Shown: positions 27,779-38,731, numbered from the stretch's first letter. The stretch: 40,887 bases of DNA from an uncultured Chromatiales bacterium (GCA_964409585.1 CAYPEH010000007.1:1-40887); one strand, 5' to 3'. Numbers and translations: made by a program. Notes: generated from the letters alone by a model not told the origin.

Positions 27779-28222
27779 TCACCCGGCCTTCTGTTTTTCC
27801 CGAATCTCTTCCAGAGTCTTGCAGTCGATGCACAGTGTTGCCGTGGGGCGGGCCTCCAGGCGGCGGATACCGATTTCCACGCCGCAGGCTTCACAGTAGC
27901 CGTACTCTTCGTTGTTGATCCGCGCCAGTGCCTCGTCGATCTTGCGGATCAGCTTGCGCTCGCGGTCACGGGTGCGCAGTTCCAGGCTGAATTCCTCTTC
28001 CTGGGTCGCGCGGTCATTGGGGTCGGGGAAGTTGGCCGCTTCATCCTGCATGTGATGAACCGTGCGGTCCACTTCCTCCATCAGCTCTTTTTTCCACGCA
28101 TTGAGAATCCCGCGGAAATGCTCGAGCTGCTCGTCATTCATGTACTCCTCGCCCTTCTTTTCCTTGTATGGCGTGATGCCATGGGAAAGGGGAGAGGTGA
28201 TGTTGTTCTTGGTTGCGGCCAC
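27779..28222 (-). CDS. dksA: RNA polymerase-binding transcription factor DksA
   Basis: GTG start at 28222 with AGGAG 7 nt upstream. Near-identical core to E. coli DksA ([33 protein letters not shown], CxxC...CxxC zinc finger, C-terminal EIREKQ). Confidence 0.93.
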   Translation of the reverse strand: MAATKNNITSPLSHGITPYKEKKGEEYMNDEQLEHFRGILNAWKKELMEEVDRTVHHMQDEAANFPDPNDRATQEEEFSLELRTRDRERKLIRKIDEALARINNEEYGYCEACGVEIGIRRLEARPTATLCIDCKTLEEIREKQKAG

Positions 28223-28395
28223 AGAATGACTCCTAACCACTGCCTTGGCGGAAAAAATGAAGCGCGAATGTATACCAGATGAGTGTTCGCCCCGCAATCA
28301 TTTGATCCACCTTTAAATATAGACTCTTTTTGAGGGTGCAAACCGGTGGTGGCTTCGTTAAGCTTACGCGCCTTTTTTCAGCTGGACCCTTGCAG

Positions 28396-29163
28396 ATGAC
28401 TGAACTGAAGGCACTCCTGTTCGATGTGGACGGTACGCTGGCCGACACCGAGAGCGTGCATCTGGCCGCATTCAATCAGGCCTTTGCCGATGCCGGCCTG
28501 GATTGGCACTGGTCCCCCGAGCTTTACCTGGAATTACTGGCGGTTACCGGCGGCAGGGAACGCATGCGCTTCTACCTGGACCGCTATAATAAGGAATGGC
28601 CACGACCGGACAGTCTGGATGAATTCATCGCCGACCTGCACAAGGCCAAGACTGCCCACTATACCCGCATGGTGCGTGAAGGGGACATGCCCTTGCGTTC
28701 CGGTGTGTTGCGGCTGATCCAGGAGGCACGTTCCGCCGGGTTGAGACTGGCCATCGCCACCACTACTACGCCGGCCAATGTGACCGCCCTGCTGGAAGCC
28801 AATCTGCCTGAGGGCGGGGTAGAGTGGTTCGAGGAAATCGCGGCGGGCAGTGTCGTGCCGGCAAAAAAACCGGCACCGGACATCTACGAGTATGCCCTCG
28901 ATCGCATGGGATTGCGCCCGGAAGAGTGTCTGGCCATCGAGGATTCGGAAAACGGAATCCGTTCCTCATTGGCGGCCCGTGTGCCGACCGTGATCACGCT
29001 CAACGATTTCACCCGTGGGCACGATTTCTCCGGTGCCCTGCTGGTGACGGACGGTCTGGGTGAGCCGGATGCACCCATGCAGGTGATCTCCGGTGATGCC
29101 GGAGGAGCCGGTTTTGTGGATGTGGCCCTGCTGCGGCGCCTGCATGCGGAGGCAGTGGCATGA
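28396..29163 (+). CDS. cbbY: HAD-superfamily phosphatase, CbbY family
   Basis: Start ATG at 28396 ([19 protein letters not shown]). Extended similarity to recalled Rhodobacter CbbY (AFN..F...G.DW.W, TGGKER-like, [24 protein letters not shown]). Confidence 0.8.
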   Translation: MTELKALLFDVDGTLADTESVHLAAFNQAFADAGLDWHWSPELYLELLAVTGGRERMRFYLDRYNKEWPRPDSLDEFIADLHKAKTAHYTRMVREGDMPLRSGVLRLIQEARSAGLRLAIATTTTPANVTALLEANLPEGGVEWFEEIAAGSVVPAKKPAPDIYEYALDRMGLRPEECLAIEDSENGIRSSLAARVPTVITLNDFTRGHDFSGALLVTDGLGEPDAPMQVISGDAGGAGFVDVALLRRLHAEAVA

Positions 29164-29840
29164 GCATGAACATTCCCGTCATTACCATCGATGGGCCATC
29201 CGGTTCCGGCAAGGGCACCATCGGTATGCGCCTGGTGGATACCCTCGGTTGGCATTTTCTGGACAGCGGTGCCTTGTACCGCCTGCTGGCTCTGGCCGCC
29301 GGGCGGCATGGCGTCGATCTTACCGATGAACAGGGGCTTGCGGCCCTGGCGGTGGCACTGGATGTCCGCTTCGAGCGGGCCGATGATGGCGGCGAGCGCA
29401 TCCTGCTGGACGGTGAGGTGGTGGGGGATGCCATCCGCACCGAAACCTGTGGCAACAATGCCTCCAGGGTAGCCGCATTGCCGGCGGTCCGTGATGCCCT
29501 GCTGGAACGCCAGCGCGCCTTTCGGCGGGAACCGGGGCTGGTGGCCGATGGCCGTGATATGGGGACGGTGGTGTTTCCGGATGCCCCGCTCAAGATATTT
29601 CTTACGGCCAGCGCGGAGGAACGCGCGCAGAGGCGTTATAAGCAGTTGATTGAGAAGGGAATCAATGTTAGCCTTCGCGCCCTCATTGAGGAGATCAGGG
29701 AAAGGGACGAGCGTGATGCGTCGCGCCCGGTTTCTCCCCTGGTTCCCGCGGAGGATGCCGAAGTGTTGGACAGCACCGTTCTCGGCATCGAAGAAGTCAT
29801 GGAACGTGTCATGGCCCTGGTCGAGGCGCGCTTCAGCTGA
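29160..29840 (+). CDS. cmk: Cytidylate kinase
   Basis: 226 aa with [14 protein letters not shown]-loop and DSGALYR. Start overlaps the cbbY stop. Confidence 0.95.
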   Translation: MSMNIPVITIDGPSGSGKGTIGMRLVDTLGWHFLDSGALYRLLALAAGRHGVDLTDEQGLAALAVALDVRFERADDGGERILLDGEVVGDAIRTETCGNNASRVAALPAVRDALLERQRAFRREPGLVADGRDMGTVVFPDAPLKIFLTASAEERAQRRYKQLIEKGINVSLRALIEEIRERDERDASRPVSPLVPAEDAEVLDSTVLGIEEVMERVMALVEARFS

Positions 29841-29863
29841 AGAACCTCCTGTGAGGTTCGGTG

Positions 29864-29884
29864 AGCCCTCTGGGGCTTTTTTTA
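29864..29884 (+). terminator. Weak hairpin plus T-run after cmk (additional hairpins at 29842-29859 and 29891-29910)
   Basis: AGCCC-TCTG-GGGCT followed by TTTTTTTA. Confidence 0.45.
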
Positions 29885-29980
29885 TCGGGTGGTCCGGCCG
29901 TTGCCGGACCTGGTTTCAACCACTACCCGCATCCTGTCCTCCGGGCCAGGCTGCGTTACTTTTTTGAGGTCTTATTCGCG

Positions 29981-31657
29981 ATGAGCGAGAGTTTTGCCGA
30001 ATTATTTGAACAGAGCCTGACGAACCAGCAGCTGAAGCCTGGGAGCATCGTCATGGCAACGGTTGAGGAAGTGCGCAACGACGTGGTCGTCGTCAATGCA
30101 GGGCTGAAGTCGGAAGGCATCATCCCCATTGAGCAGTTCCTCAACGATGAAGGTAACGTCGAGGTCAGCCCCGGCGATACCGTTGAAGTGGCCCTGGACG
30201 CTGTCGAGGACGGATTCGGCGAGACCCGCCTGTCCCGTGAGAAGGCCAAGCGCGCCCGTGCCTGGTCCATGCTGGAGAAGGCCCACGAGGCCGGTGAGAC
30301 CGTCACCGGCGTGATCAGCGGCAAGGTGAAGGGTGGCTTCACCGTCGATATCAATGATATCCGCGCCTTCCTGCCCGGTTCCCTGGTCGATGTCCGCCCC
30401 GTGCGTGACACCACTTACCTGGAAGGCAAGGATCTGGAGTTCAAGGTCATCAAGCTGGACCGCCGCCGCAACAATGTGGTGGTTTCCCGCCGTGCCGTGG
30501 TGGAGACCGAATACAGCGCCGAGCGCGAGGCGCTGCTCAACAGCCTGGAAGAGGGCAAGACCATCAAGGGTCTGGTCAAGAATCTGACCGATTATGGCGC
30601 CTTTGTCGATCTGGGCGGTGTGGACGGCCTGCTGCACATCACCGACATGGCCTGGAAGCGCGTCAAGCATCCTTCCGATGTGGTCAACGTCGGCGAGGAA
30701 ATCGAAGTGAAGGTGCTCAAGTTCGACCGCGAGCGCAATCGTGTCTCCCTCGGCCTCAAGCAGTTGGGCGAGGACCCGTGGGTCGATATCGCCCGCCGTT
30801 ACCCGGTCGGCACCCGCCTGTTCGGCAAGGTTACCAATATCACCGACTATGGCTGCTTCGTCGAAATCGAGGAGGGCGTCGAGGGTCTGGTGCACGTCTC
30901 CGAGATGGACTGGACCAACAAGAACGTCAACCCCAGCAAGGTGGTCACCCAGGGTATGGAGACCGAGGTCATGGTGCTGGACATCGACGAGGAACGCCGC
31001 CGCATCTCCCTGGGCATGAAACAGTGTCAGCCCAATCCTTGGGACGATTTCGCCGCCACCCACAACAAGGGCGACCACATCACCGGTGTGATCAAGTCCA
31101 TCACCGATTTCGGTATCTTTGTCGGTCTCGAGGGCGGCATCGACGGCCTGGTGCACCTCTCCGACATCTCCTGGAACACGCCCGGTGAAGAAGCGGTGCG
31201 CGAATACAAGAAGGGCCAGGAAATCGAGACCGTGGTGCTGGCGGTCGATTCGGAGCGCGAGCGCATCTCCCTGGGCATCAAACAGTTGGAGAAGGATCCT
31301 TTCTCCAGCTTCCTGGCCAACAATCCCAAGGGCAGCATCGTCAAGGGTGTGATCACTTCGGTTGAGCCCCGTGGCGCCCATGTCGATCTGGGTGATGGTG
31401 TCGAGGCCTACCTGCGTGTCTCCGAGATCTCCCGCGAGCGCGTCGAGGATGCACGCAATGTCCTGAAGGAGGGTGACGAGATCGAGGCCAAGTTCATCGG
31501 TCTGGATCGCAAGAACCGCACCTTGAACCTCTCCATCAAGGCCAAGGAGAGCGATGAGGAAGCTGAGGCCATTCAGGATTACACTCGTTCCAGCGCCACT
31601 GGAGGCACCACCTTGGGTGATCTCCTCAAGGAACAGATGGCCAGTAAGGACGAGTAA
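29981..31657 (+). CDS. rpsA: 30S ribosomal protein S1
   Basis: Start at the ATG at 29981 ([13 protein letters not shown]). Six S1 domains. 558 aa. Confidence 0.97.
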   Translation: MSESFAELFEQSLTNQQLKPGSIVMATVEEVRNDVVVVNAGLKSEGIIPIEQFLNDEGNVEVSPGDTVEVALDAVEDGFGETRLSREKAKRARAWSMLEKAHEAGETVTGVISGKVKGGFTVDINDIRAFLPGSLVDVRPVRDTTYLEGKDLEFKVIKLDRRRNNVVVSRRAVVETEYSAEREALLNSLEEGKTIKGLVKNLTDYGAFVDLGGVDGLLHITDMAWKRVKHPSDVVNVGEEIEVKVLKFDRERNRVSLGLKQLGEDPWVDIARRYPVGTRLFGKVTNITDYGCFVEIEEGVEGLVHVSEMDWTNKNVNPSKVVTQGMETEVMVLDIDEERRRISLGMKQCQPNPWDDFAATHNKGDHITGVIKSITDFGIFVGLEGGIDGLVHLSDISWNTPGEEAVREYKKGQEIETVVLAVDSERERISLGIKQLEKDPFSSFLANNPKGSIVKGVITSVEPRGAHVDLGDGVEAYLRVSEISRERVEDARNVLKEGDEIEAKFIGLDRKNRTLNLSIKAKESDEEAEAIQDYTRSSATGGTTLGDLLKEQMASKDE

Positions 31658-31897
31658 TCGTCCCGCTGTCGAATCCTAAGGAACCTCTGTATAAGTCTGG
31701 GACGATGAGATCGCCGATCGGAATTCGCCAGTTCAAGGCGCCAATCGCACGTAATAGCCCGCTATTGCGAAGATTGGCAACGCAGAAATGGCGGATTCCG
31801 GCGGTGAGATCGCGTTCCACGACTTGTTCGGAGGCTCCCTAATCAGCCGCAAGACTGCGGGGGGCCTCACGGCCCCCCGGAACAGGTTTGAGAAAGA

Positions 31898-32185
31898 ATG
31901 ACAAAGTCGGAACTCATCGAGCAGATTGCACGCAAGCAGAGCCATCTTGCCTACCGTGATGTCGAACTGGCGGTCAAGGGCTTGCTTGAACAGATGAGCC
32001 AGGCCCTCGCGGCAGGCGAGCGTATCGAGATCCGCGGGTTTGGCAGTTTCTCGCTTCATTTCCGTCCGCCGCGCATTGGGCGCAATCCCAAAACCGGTGA
32101 TTCGGTTTCCCTGCCGGGGAAATACGTCCCTCACTTCAAGCCGGGCAAGGAGTTGCGCGAACGAGTCAACATGGGACGTCGGTAA
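31898..32185 (+). CDS. ihfB: Integration host factor subunit beta
   Basis: 95 aa: MTKSELIE..., [33 protein letters not shown]. Confidence 0.95.
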   Translation: MTKSELIEQIARKQSHLAYRDVELAVKGLLEQMSQALAAGERIEIRGFGSFSLHFRPPRIGRNPKTGDSVSLPGKYVPHFKPGKELRERVNMGRR

Positions 32186-32570
32186 GGAGGCGGCAAAGCA
32201 AGAGAGCGGCCCGTTTACCGCTGCTTTTCGTTGTGTGGAACCCGCCACGGACCTCGAATCACTGAAATGATGGCCGTGGCATGGTGGGTGCCGGCCGGGG
32301 GCGGAAAGCCGCATGCCCCGGTCCGGTTCCGCCACCTCGGGCACACCCGGTTTCTGTCCGGTGTTTCGCTCCCGTAATCCCTGACGCCTCACCGTTCTCC
32401 CGGTTTTCCGCTTCGTTTCTTCTGGGCACGGCAATGCCGGCTGGTATTGCCGGCGCACCAGTCCGAATGCAGGTCACCATCATTTACCTGTGGCGACCTT
32501 TTCTCTGCATGTCACCGTTTTGGTTCTGGTTGCGTTTTACTATTCCGGCAACGTGATGTTTGCATCTTCA

Positions 32571-32676
32571 GCCTGCCTGTGTCCGCTCGCGGACTTCGTT
32601 ATCGAAACTGGATGCAGAATGACTGCAGCGGCGTTTCGATGCCTTGCCGCAGGCGGACTGAAGGTGTACACAGCCG
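32571..32676. repeat. Solo copy of the family-D hairpin module (REP-like, about 100 nt)
   Basis: ATCGAAACTGGATGCAG-AATGA-CTGCAGCGGCGTTTCGAT core aligns with 3856-3905 (GTCGAAACTGGCTGTAG-GAGTG-CTACAGCGGCGTTTCGAC) with paired substitutions. Confidence 0.65.
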
Positions 32677-32689
32677 GATCAATAAGACT

Positions 32690-32841
32690 AATCCTGACGA
32701 AGCCCCTCCCGGCGCCCCACCCGCAGGGAGGCCACAGCCTTCGCCTTGGCGTTGCGGCTCTTGGCAAGGACCGGGGGCATTGCCTGGCCGCGCTTTGATT
32801 CGAAGCGGCTGATGGACTCTGAATGCGGATTCGTCAGGGTT
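32690..32841. repeat. Palindrome-bounded element (about 152 bp), ends AATCCTGACGAA / TTCGTCAGGGTT
   Basis: 12-bp inverted ends with one mismatch. The interior (CCTTGGCGTTGCGGCTCTTGGCAAGG) resembles the first hairpin module of family D. Confidence 0.45.
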
Positions 32842-32846
32842 CGGGT

Positions 32847-33013
32847 TAGCAGCCTGTCGGACTCGGGCTGAATCGGCTGCAAAAGCGGGACAGCGGTCTG
32901 ATTTTCCCTGATTTTTCGTTACATAGTTCCCACTATGCTCCTCAAAATCATGAAAAATCATCCTCGCTGTCCCACTTTTTCGCTACGATCCCCCCGAGTC
33001 CGACAGGCTGCTA
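32847..33013. mobile_element. Family-A palindromic MITE-like element (167 bp); the duplication (as visible) starts inside it
   Basis: TAGCAGCCTGTCGGACTCGGG (32847-32867) and CCCGAGTCCGACAGGCTGCTA (32993-33013). Confidence 0.85.
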
Positions 33014-33100
33014 GTATTACGGCCTGTAACGCACATTGCAGTGCGGCACCACCCCTCGCATCGTGGGGTGTGATGTTGGATTTCTCCAGGGGTCAGAGAA

Positions 33101-33394
33101 GTGGTTCGTTTGTTTTCCGTCTTGTTGTTTCTGGTTGTGACTATGGCCGGGTTGAGCTTTGCCGTTCTCAATTCGGAGACGGTGCCACTCAATTACTATT
33201 TCGGTGACCGCAATCTGCCCCTGTCCCTGGTGGTGGTGATTGCCTTTGCCCTGGGTGCAGCCGTGGGCGGGCTCTTCAGTCTGGCGCTTGTTATCAGGCT
33301 GAAGAGGGAGATGGCCAGGCTGCGGCGGATCGTGCGCCTGAACGAGAAGGAAATCCTCAACCTGCGGAGTATCCCCATTAAGGATTCCCACTGA
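33101..33394 (+). CDS. lapA: LapA, second identical copy
   Basis: Identical to 142-435. Confidence 0.8.
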   Translation: MVRLFSVLLFLVVTMAGLSFAVLNSETVPLNYYFGDRNLPLSLVVVIAFALGAAVGGLFSLALVIRLKREMARLRRIVRLNEKEILNLRSIPIKDSH

Positions 33395-33395
33395 G

Positions 33396-33636
33396 CCCGC
33401 CTGATTCATGGTGGCACCGAAACCCATGGTAACCGGATGAAGATTACAGCCAATCGTCAAGAACAACGACGCTTTGTCTCCATGCTGGCTGGTTTCGGCC
33501 TGTCATGGTCCTGGCTGGTTCTGGCACATTTGGGCTTGGGCTTCGCTGACCCCATGGCCATGAATTCGCCTCCAGCCTTGGATCCAGACGCGCTAGCCTG
33601 GCGCCAGGAGCGGCGATCCACCATGAATCAGGCGGG
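33396..33636. mobile_element. Family-C MITE, identical duplicate of 437-677
   Basis: Offset +32959. Confidence 0.85.
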
Positions 33637-33641
33637 CTGAG

Positions 33642-34811
33642 ATGTTCGACCCCTTATGGTTGATACTGCCAGCCGTGTTCGTCACGGGCTGGCTGTGGGT
33701 GAGGCGCCGTCCCCGCAGTGCCGGTAGTGGCTATCGCCGTAATAATTTCACCTCGGATTATTTCAAGGGTCTCAACTACGTCCTCCATGAACAGCCGGAC
33801 AAGGCGATCGAGGTCTTTATCCGCATGGTCGAGGTGGACAGTGAAACGGTGGAGACCCATCTGGCACTGGGCAATCTTTTCCGCCGCCGTGGAGAGGTGG
33901 ACCGCGCCATTCGTATTCACCAGAATCTGATTGCCCGCCCCACGCTCAACCGGGAACAGCGTACCCTGGCGTTATTGGAGCTGGGTGAGGATTACATGCG
34001 GGCCGGGCTGTTCGACCGTGCCGAGAACCTGTTCCTGGAACTGATCGAACTCGGCTCCCATGCGGTTCCCGCATTGCGTAATCTCGCGGACATCTATCAG
34101 CAGGAGAAGGACTGGGAAAAGGCCATCAACATGGAGCGGCGGCTGGCCGTAGAAACGGGACGGAATCGCAATGACATCATCGCGCAGTATCTGTGTGAAC
34201 TTGCCGAGGAGGCACAGAGCCGCGGCGACCATGAACGCACCTGGAAGATGTTGCGCAAGGCGCTGGCTACAGACCGCAACTGTGTGCGGGCCAGTCTGCT
34301 TCAGGGCCATCTGTTCTCTGCAAGTGGTGACCGGGAAGGGGCTATCCGTGCCTACCGCCGGGTTGCCGAACAGGACATCGATTATCTCCCCGAAGTGATC
34401 GGGCCATTGCGAAAATGCTATGAATTGCAGCAGCAGTCGGCCGTGATGATGAGCTATCTGGAGTCCATGCTGGACCGCTACAAGGGCGTGGCCCCCATGT
34501 TGGCGCTGGCTGATATGATCCAACGTCAGCAAGGTGACCAGGCTGCCAGTGAATTCCTTGCCAGCCGCCTGCGCGCCAATCCCTCCGTGCGCGGCCTGGA
34601 GCGCCTGGTTCAACTGAAGATGGCCAACTTGCAGGATTGTGCCCGGGAGAGCATGGAAGACCTGCGGTCAGTGACCGTGCGGCTGGTGGAGGACAAACCC
34701 TTGTACCGTTGCAAGCACTGTGGATTCACCGGTAAATCACTGCATTGGCAGTGTCCCGGCTGCAAGACCTGGGGCAGCGTCAAGCCGATGAAAGGTATCG
34801 ATGGGGAGTGA
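33642..34811 (+). CDS. lapB: LapB, second identical copy
   Basis: Identical to 683-1852. Confidence 0.93.
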   Translation: MFDPLWLILPAVFVTGWLWVRRRPRSAGSGYRRNNFTSDYFKGLNYVLHEQPDKAIEVFIRMVEVDSETVETHLALGNLFRRRGEVDRAIRIHQNLIARPTLNREQRTLALLELGEDYMRAGLFDRAENLFLELIELGSHAVPALRNLADIYQQEKDWEKAINMERRLAVETGRNRNDIIAQYLCELAEEAQSRGDHERTWKMLRKALATDRNCVRASLLQGHLFSASGDREGAIRAYRRVAEQDIDYLPEVIGPLRKCYELQQQSAVMMSYLESMLDRYKGVAPMLALADMIQRQQGDQAASEFLASRLRANPSVRGLERLVQLKMANLQDCARESMEDLRSVTVRLVEDKPLYRCKHCGFTGKSLHWQCPGCKTWGSVKPMKGIDGE

Positions 34812-34815
34812 ATGA

Positions 34816-35541
34816 GTGACACAAGACAGGTCATTGGGGCCACGGATTATCGTTGCCCTGGATTTTCCGGCTGCACAGCCGGCACTGGATCTGGTGCAGA
34901 GGCTGGACCCGCGGCTCTGCCGCCTCAAGGTGGGCAAGGAGTTGTTCACCCGCGCCGGCCCCACCCTGGTGGAGACCCTGCAGACCCGTGGATTCGAGGT
35001 GTTTCTCGACCTGAAATTTCATGATATCCCCAATACCGTGGCGGGGGCCTGTGCGGCGGCGGCCGATCTGGGGGTCTGGATGGTCAATGTCCATGCCGGC
35101 GGCGGCCGTCGCATGATGGAGGCGGCCCGCGAGGCCCTGGACAAAGTGGCCACATCCCCCCCCCTGTTGATCGCCGTGACGGTGTTGACCAGCATGGCAC
35201 GTGAGGATCTCAACGAGGTGGGTGTGGATGGTGAACCCGCCGATCAGGTGCAAAGGCTGGCATCGCTGGCCAACGCCTCCGGCCTCGATGGCGTTGTCTG
35301 TTCTCCACGTGAAGTTGCCCTGTTGCGCGCCTCCCAGGGGGATGCCTTTATTCTGGTGACCCCGGGCATACGTCCCGCCGGTTCGGCCAGTGATGATCAA
35401 CGCCGGGTCATGACGCCGGCGCAGGCAATGGAGGCGGGTTCGAACTACCTGGTGATCGGCAGGCCGGTCACCGCTGCCGATGATCCGATTGCCGCCCTGG
35501 ATGCGATCAACCGGGATATGAGCCTGTCGGACTTAGGCTGA
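34816..35541 (+). CDS. pyrF: Orotidine-5'-phosphate decarboxylase, second identical copy
   Basis: Identical to 1857-2582. Confidence 0.95.
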   Translation: MTQDRSLGPRIIVALDFPAAQPALDLVQRLDPRLCRLKVGKELFTRAGPTLVETLQTRGFEVFLDLKFHDIPNTVAGACAAAADLGVWMVNVHAGGGRRMMEAAREALDKVATSPPLLIAVTVLTSMAREDLNEVGVDGEPADQVQRLASLANASGLDGVVCSPREVALLRASQGDAFILVTPGIRPAGSASDDQRRVMTPAQAMEAGSNYLVIGRPVTAADDPIAALDAINRDMSLSDLG

Positions 35542-35685
35542 ATTGGCTGAAAAAGCGGGACAGCGGTCTCACTTCCCCTGATTTTTCGTTACATAGTCCC
35601 CACTATGCTCCTTAAAATCATGGAAAATCATTCTCGCTGTCCCACTTGTTCGCTTCGATCCCCCTAAGTCCGACAGGCTCACATC
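35515..35685. mobile_element. Family-A MITE, identical duplicate of 2556-2726
   Basis: Offset +32959. Confidence 0.85.
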
Positions 35686-35728
35686 ACCCGAAGAACTCAC
35701 TGGATACACAGGAAGGTACTGAGCAAGC

Positions 35729-36607
35729 ATGCCTGACAAAATCACCAAGGCCGTGTTTCCCGTGGCCGGCATGGGAACCCGTTTTCTCCCTGCCACCAAG
35801 GCCAATCCCAAGGAAATGCTGCCTATCGTCGACAAGCCGTTGATTCAGTACGCGGTGGAAGAAGCAGTGGCCGCGGGTATGACGGAACTGGTGTTCGTGA
35901 CCAGCAGTTCGAAACGCGCCATCGAGGATCATTTCGACAAAAACTGCGAACTGGAAGGGATCCTGGACGGACGCGGCAAGAAGGATGTGCTGGATATGGT
36001 GCGCAACGTGGTTCCGGATGGCGTTTCCTGCATCTATGTCCGGCAGGCAGAGGCCCTCGGCCTGGGGCATGCCGTGTTGTGCGCAAGACCGGTAGTCGGT
36101 GATGAGCCGTTCGCGGTGATTCTGGCCGACGATCTCATCCATAACGACGAGAAGGGCTGCCTGAGCCAGATGGTCGAGGTCTATCAGCGGTACGGGTGCA
36201 GCGTGCTGGGCGTGGAGCAGGTGGCTGCCGATGAGACGGACAAGTACGGCATCGTGAAGGTGACCGATGCCGGTGAACGGCTGGGAAAGGTGGAGGAGAT
36301 CGTGGAGAAGCCCCACCCGGACGAGGCACCGTCCACCCTGGCTGTGGTTGGCCGCTACATCCTCACGCCGCGGATCTTCGGTCTGCTGGAGAGGACCCAG
36401 GCAGGCGCTGGCGGTGAAATCCAGTTGACCGACGCCATCGCTGAACTCATGCGCGAACAGGATGCCATGTCCTACGCCTTCGAAGGCACCCGGTACGATT
36501 GTGGCAGCAAGCTGGGGTACCTACAGGCCACGGTGGAGTATGCGCTCATGCACGAAGGTCTGGGTGAGGATTTCCGCAGCTACCTGGAACAGTTGATGGC
36601 CAGGTAG
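35729..36607 (+). CDS. galU: UTP--glucose-1-phosphate uridylyltransferase, second identical copy
   Basis: Identical to 2770-3648. Confidence 0.95.
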   Translation: MPDKITKAVFPVAGMGTRFLPATKANPKEMLPIVDKPLIQYAVEEAVAAGMTELVFVTSSSKRAIEDHFDKNCELEGILDGRGKKDVLDMVRNVVPDGVSCIYVRQAEALGLGHAVLCARPVVGDEPFAVILADDLIHNDEKGCLSQMVEVYQRYGCSVLGVEQVAADETDKYGIVKVTDAGERLGKVEEIVEKPHPDEAPSTLAVVGRYILTPRIFGLLERTQAGAGGEIQLTDAIAELMREQDAMSYAFEGTRYDCGSKLGYLQATVEYALMHEGLGEDFRSYLEQLMAR

Positions 36608-36638
36608 CAATGACACTGGCCGGCAGGGGCTGGCAGGT

Positions 36639-36920
36639 ATTAACCCGGCCACTTAATATGTCGTGTTCAGAGCCTCAGGCATCTTCCCTGTCAAGGCGCG
36701 CGCCGCAGGCAATGGTCATTCCCTTGGCAAGGCGCGCAACGCCGAGAGGGGAGATGCCTGAGGCTCCTAACTAATTGATTATAAATGACAGGCCGTGCTG
36801 TGCGCGCCCACGGACTGCGTTGTCGAAACTGGCTGTAGGAGTGCTACAGCGGCGTTTCGACGCCTTGCCGTGAACGCGCACAGCACGGCTGAACATGACA
36901 TATTAAGTGGCCGGGTTAAT
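36639..36920. mobile_element. Family-D composite MITE with near-perfect terminal repeats (apparently the intact parental version)
   Basis: Left end ATTAACCCGGCCACTTAATATGTCGTGTTCAG. The reverse complement of the right end, ATTAACCCGGCCACTTAATATGTCATGTTCAG, has 1 mismatch in 32. Confidence 0.8.
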
Positions 36921-36957
36921 AAAAAAAAGCGCAGCGGAAACCGCTGCGCTTTTTTTC
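36921..36957. terminator. Bidirectional rho-independent terminator
   Basis: AAAAAAAAGCGCAGCGG-AAA-CCGCTGCGCTTTTTTT sits between galU (+) and the small ORF (-). Confidence 0.85.
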
Positions 36958-36984
36958 CGGCGCCGGGACAGTAAGGGGTGGGAC

Positions 36985-37179
36985 TTACTTGGTCCAGTTG
37001 CCGAAGTTGTCCGTGCTCTTCTCTTCGCCGTCTTCGTAACCGGCCTCGTAGGCTTCGGTAATGCGCTGTTCCTCGCGCTTGGGATTCCGCAGGTAACCGC
37101 CGATCCAGCCCTGCATGTATTCTTTGTCAACGCCCATCTGCTCCATCTTGGTAACAGCTTCGTAGTAGGTCGTATCCAT
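36985..37179 (-). CDS. Small acidic hypothetical protein (64 aa from the ATG at 37179)
   Basis: GGAGA lies 5 nt upstream of the ATG, and the gene ends before the bidirectional terminator. Upstream residues of the ORF-track call lack an SD. No family recognised. Confidence 0.5.
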   Translation of the reverse strand: MDTTYYEAVTKMEQMGVDKEYMQGWIGGYLRNPKREEQRITEAYEAGYEDGEEKSTDNFGNWTK

Positions 37180-37431
37180 ATTTGTCTCCGAGGTTAAGCC
37201 CAACGCAAGAATAGCAGCGAATTCTAATAAATGAATACACACCGGGCAAGCAGGTTTTCACGTATTTCGCCGGTTAATGATCCGATAATTACCAGAAAAA
37301 TTGTGGGTATATACGGAAGGCGTACCCAATAAGTGGTAGTTTCTACCGGATGAATGGCAGCCGAATTCCTGCACCGATCCCCGTATACTTGCCGGCGGAA
37401 AATCCGACCAATCACTACCGGGAGTCGATAC

Positions 37432-37983
37432 GTGCGAATCAAGAGCCACTGGCACAAGACCGACCAGCCAAAGCCTGTGGAAGAGGTGGCAGGCGCCCTT
37501 GGATTCATCGGCTGGCGCATCGGCCTCAATGCCATCGACCGGATGGAAAAGGCCGGCTTTCGTTTCTTCTCCAACACACAACGCCTGCATGTTCTCGGTG
37601 AGTTCGTCGCCTTCCTGGTGCAGGTGGCCGACCGGACTGTATACGGTGAACTGGACGAGGATGAGCGGACCCGTTTCATCACCGCCTTTGCCAAGCACAT
37701 GGCGGGCAGTTGGGCCGACAACTACAAGGATATCGCCGGCGGCCGTCCCAGTGACTACAAGGGGGATTTCATCCGCCTGCTGAACGATCGCCTGTCCGAG
37801 TACGCGGAGTTCGGTTACAGCGAGGATGGGCCCACCTATGGGATGCTGCGCCTGTTCGGGGAGAAGGTGGAGGCAGTGCTGGGCGGCGGCGAGAACCGCT
37901 GGGCCCTGGAGCATATCGTCGAGATGGAGGCGCCGGACGCGGTGAGGATGCTGCGCAAGAGCCTGGAGGACCTGTTTTCCTGA
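37432..37983 (+). CDS. Hypothetical soluble protein (about 183 aa, GTG start with GGGAG upstream)
   Basis: Coding-like composition through to 37983, followed by a strong terminator. No family recognised. Confidence 0.6.
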   Translation: MRIKSHWHKTDQPKPVEEVAGALGFIGWRIGLNAIDRMEKAGFRFFSNTQRLHVLGEFVAFLVQVADRTVYGELDEDERTRFITAFAKHMAGSWADNYKDIAGGRPSDYKGDFIRLLNDRLSEYAEFGYSEDGPTYGMLRLFGEKVEAVLGGGENRWALEHIVEMEAPDAVRMLRKSLEDLFS

Positions 37984-38003
37984 GAACCGCCCCCCTGCCC
38001 CTG

Positions 38004-38039
38004 ACAAAAGAAAAGCCCCGGCCGTGCCGGGGCTTTTTC
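38004..38039. terminator. Bidirectional rho-independent terminator
   Basis: A-run, AGCCCCGGC-CGT-GCCGGGGCT, T-run. Sits between convergent genes. Confidence 0.85.
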
Positions 38040-38059
38040 GTAGGGGAGGCCGGCTGCGC

Positions 38060-38731
38060 TCAATCGTCGCCGGAGAAGGCGCCGATCAATTGCAGCAAGC
38101 TGAGGAACAGATTGTAGAGGTCCACGTACAGGGCGATGGTGGCCATGATGTAGTTGTCCTCACCGCCGTGGATCAGACGGCTGGTGTCGAACAGGATGAA
38201 GCCCGCCATGAGCATGGCGATGACCGCGGAGATGGCCAGCGACAGCGCGGGGATCGCCAGGAACAGGTTGGCGATGACCGCGACGATGGCGACGACCAGG
38301 CCGGCCATGAGGAAACCAGCCATGAAATTGAAGTTCTTGCGGGTGGTCAGTACGTAGGCCGACAGGCTGAGGAAGATGATGCCGGTGGCGCCCATGGCTG
38401 TCATGACGATCTGCGGACCGTTGGGCAGGCCCAGGTACATATTGATGATCGGCCCCAGAGTGAAGCCCATGAAGCCGGTCAGGGCGAAGACCGCCAGCAG
38501 GCCCCAGGCGCTGTTGCGCAACTTCGCGGTCAGGAAGAACAGCCCGAAGAAGCCGAGCAGGCCGAGCAGGCCCAGGGGCGGGGCGCCGACGGCGATGGAT
38601 ACCCCAGCCATGACGGCGCTGAACAGCAGCGTCATGGACAGCAGAGTATAGGTGTTGCGGATCAGCTTGTTGGTGCGGGCGATGGCCGCCTCGGAACGGA
38701 CGGGCATGCCGGTAGCCGGAATCATTGCCAT
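38060..38731 (-). CDS. BAX-inhibitor-1 / YccA-family inner membrane protein
   Basis: 223 aa with seven hydrophobic segments. N-terminal LIRNTYTLLSMTL matches YccA VLRNTYFLLSLTL. Acidic C-terminus. Confidence 0.85.
   Translation of the reverse strand: MAMIPATGMPVRSEAAIARTNKLIRNTYTLLSMTLLFSAVMAGVSIAVGAPPLGLLGLLGFFGLFFLTAKLRNSAWGLLAVFALTGFMGFTLGPIINMYLGLPNGPQIVMTAMGATGIIFLSLSAYVLTTRKNFNFMAGFLMAGLVVAIVAVIANLFLAIPALSLAISAVIAMLMAGFILFDTSRLIHGGEDNYIMATIALYVDLYNLFLSLLQLIGAFSGDD

Larger units (their letters stand above)
32960..36899. repeat. Copy 2 of the perfect duplication of at least 3.94 kb, in the canonical ihfB-lapA context
   Basis: See 1-3940. Confidence 0.95.

Noticed and set aside
32960-36899. 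Explanation of the duplication as a circular replicon of 32,959 bp wrapped by the window.
   Set aside because: If the window wrapped a circle, identity would continue to the end of the window. Instead the sequence diverges completely after 36920 (versus 3961), with different genes on each side.
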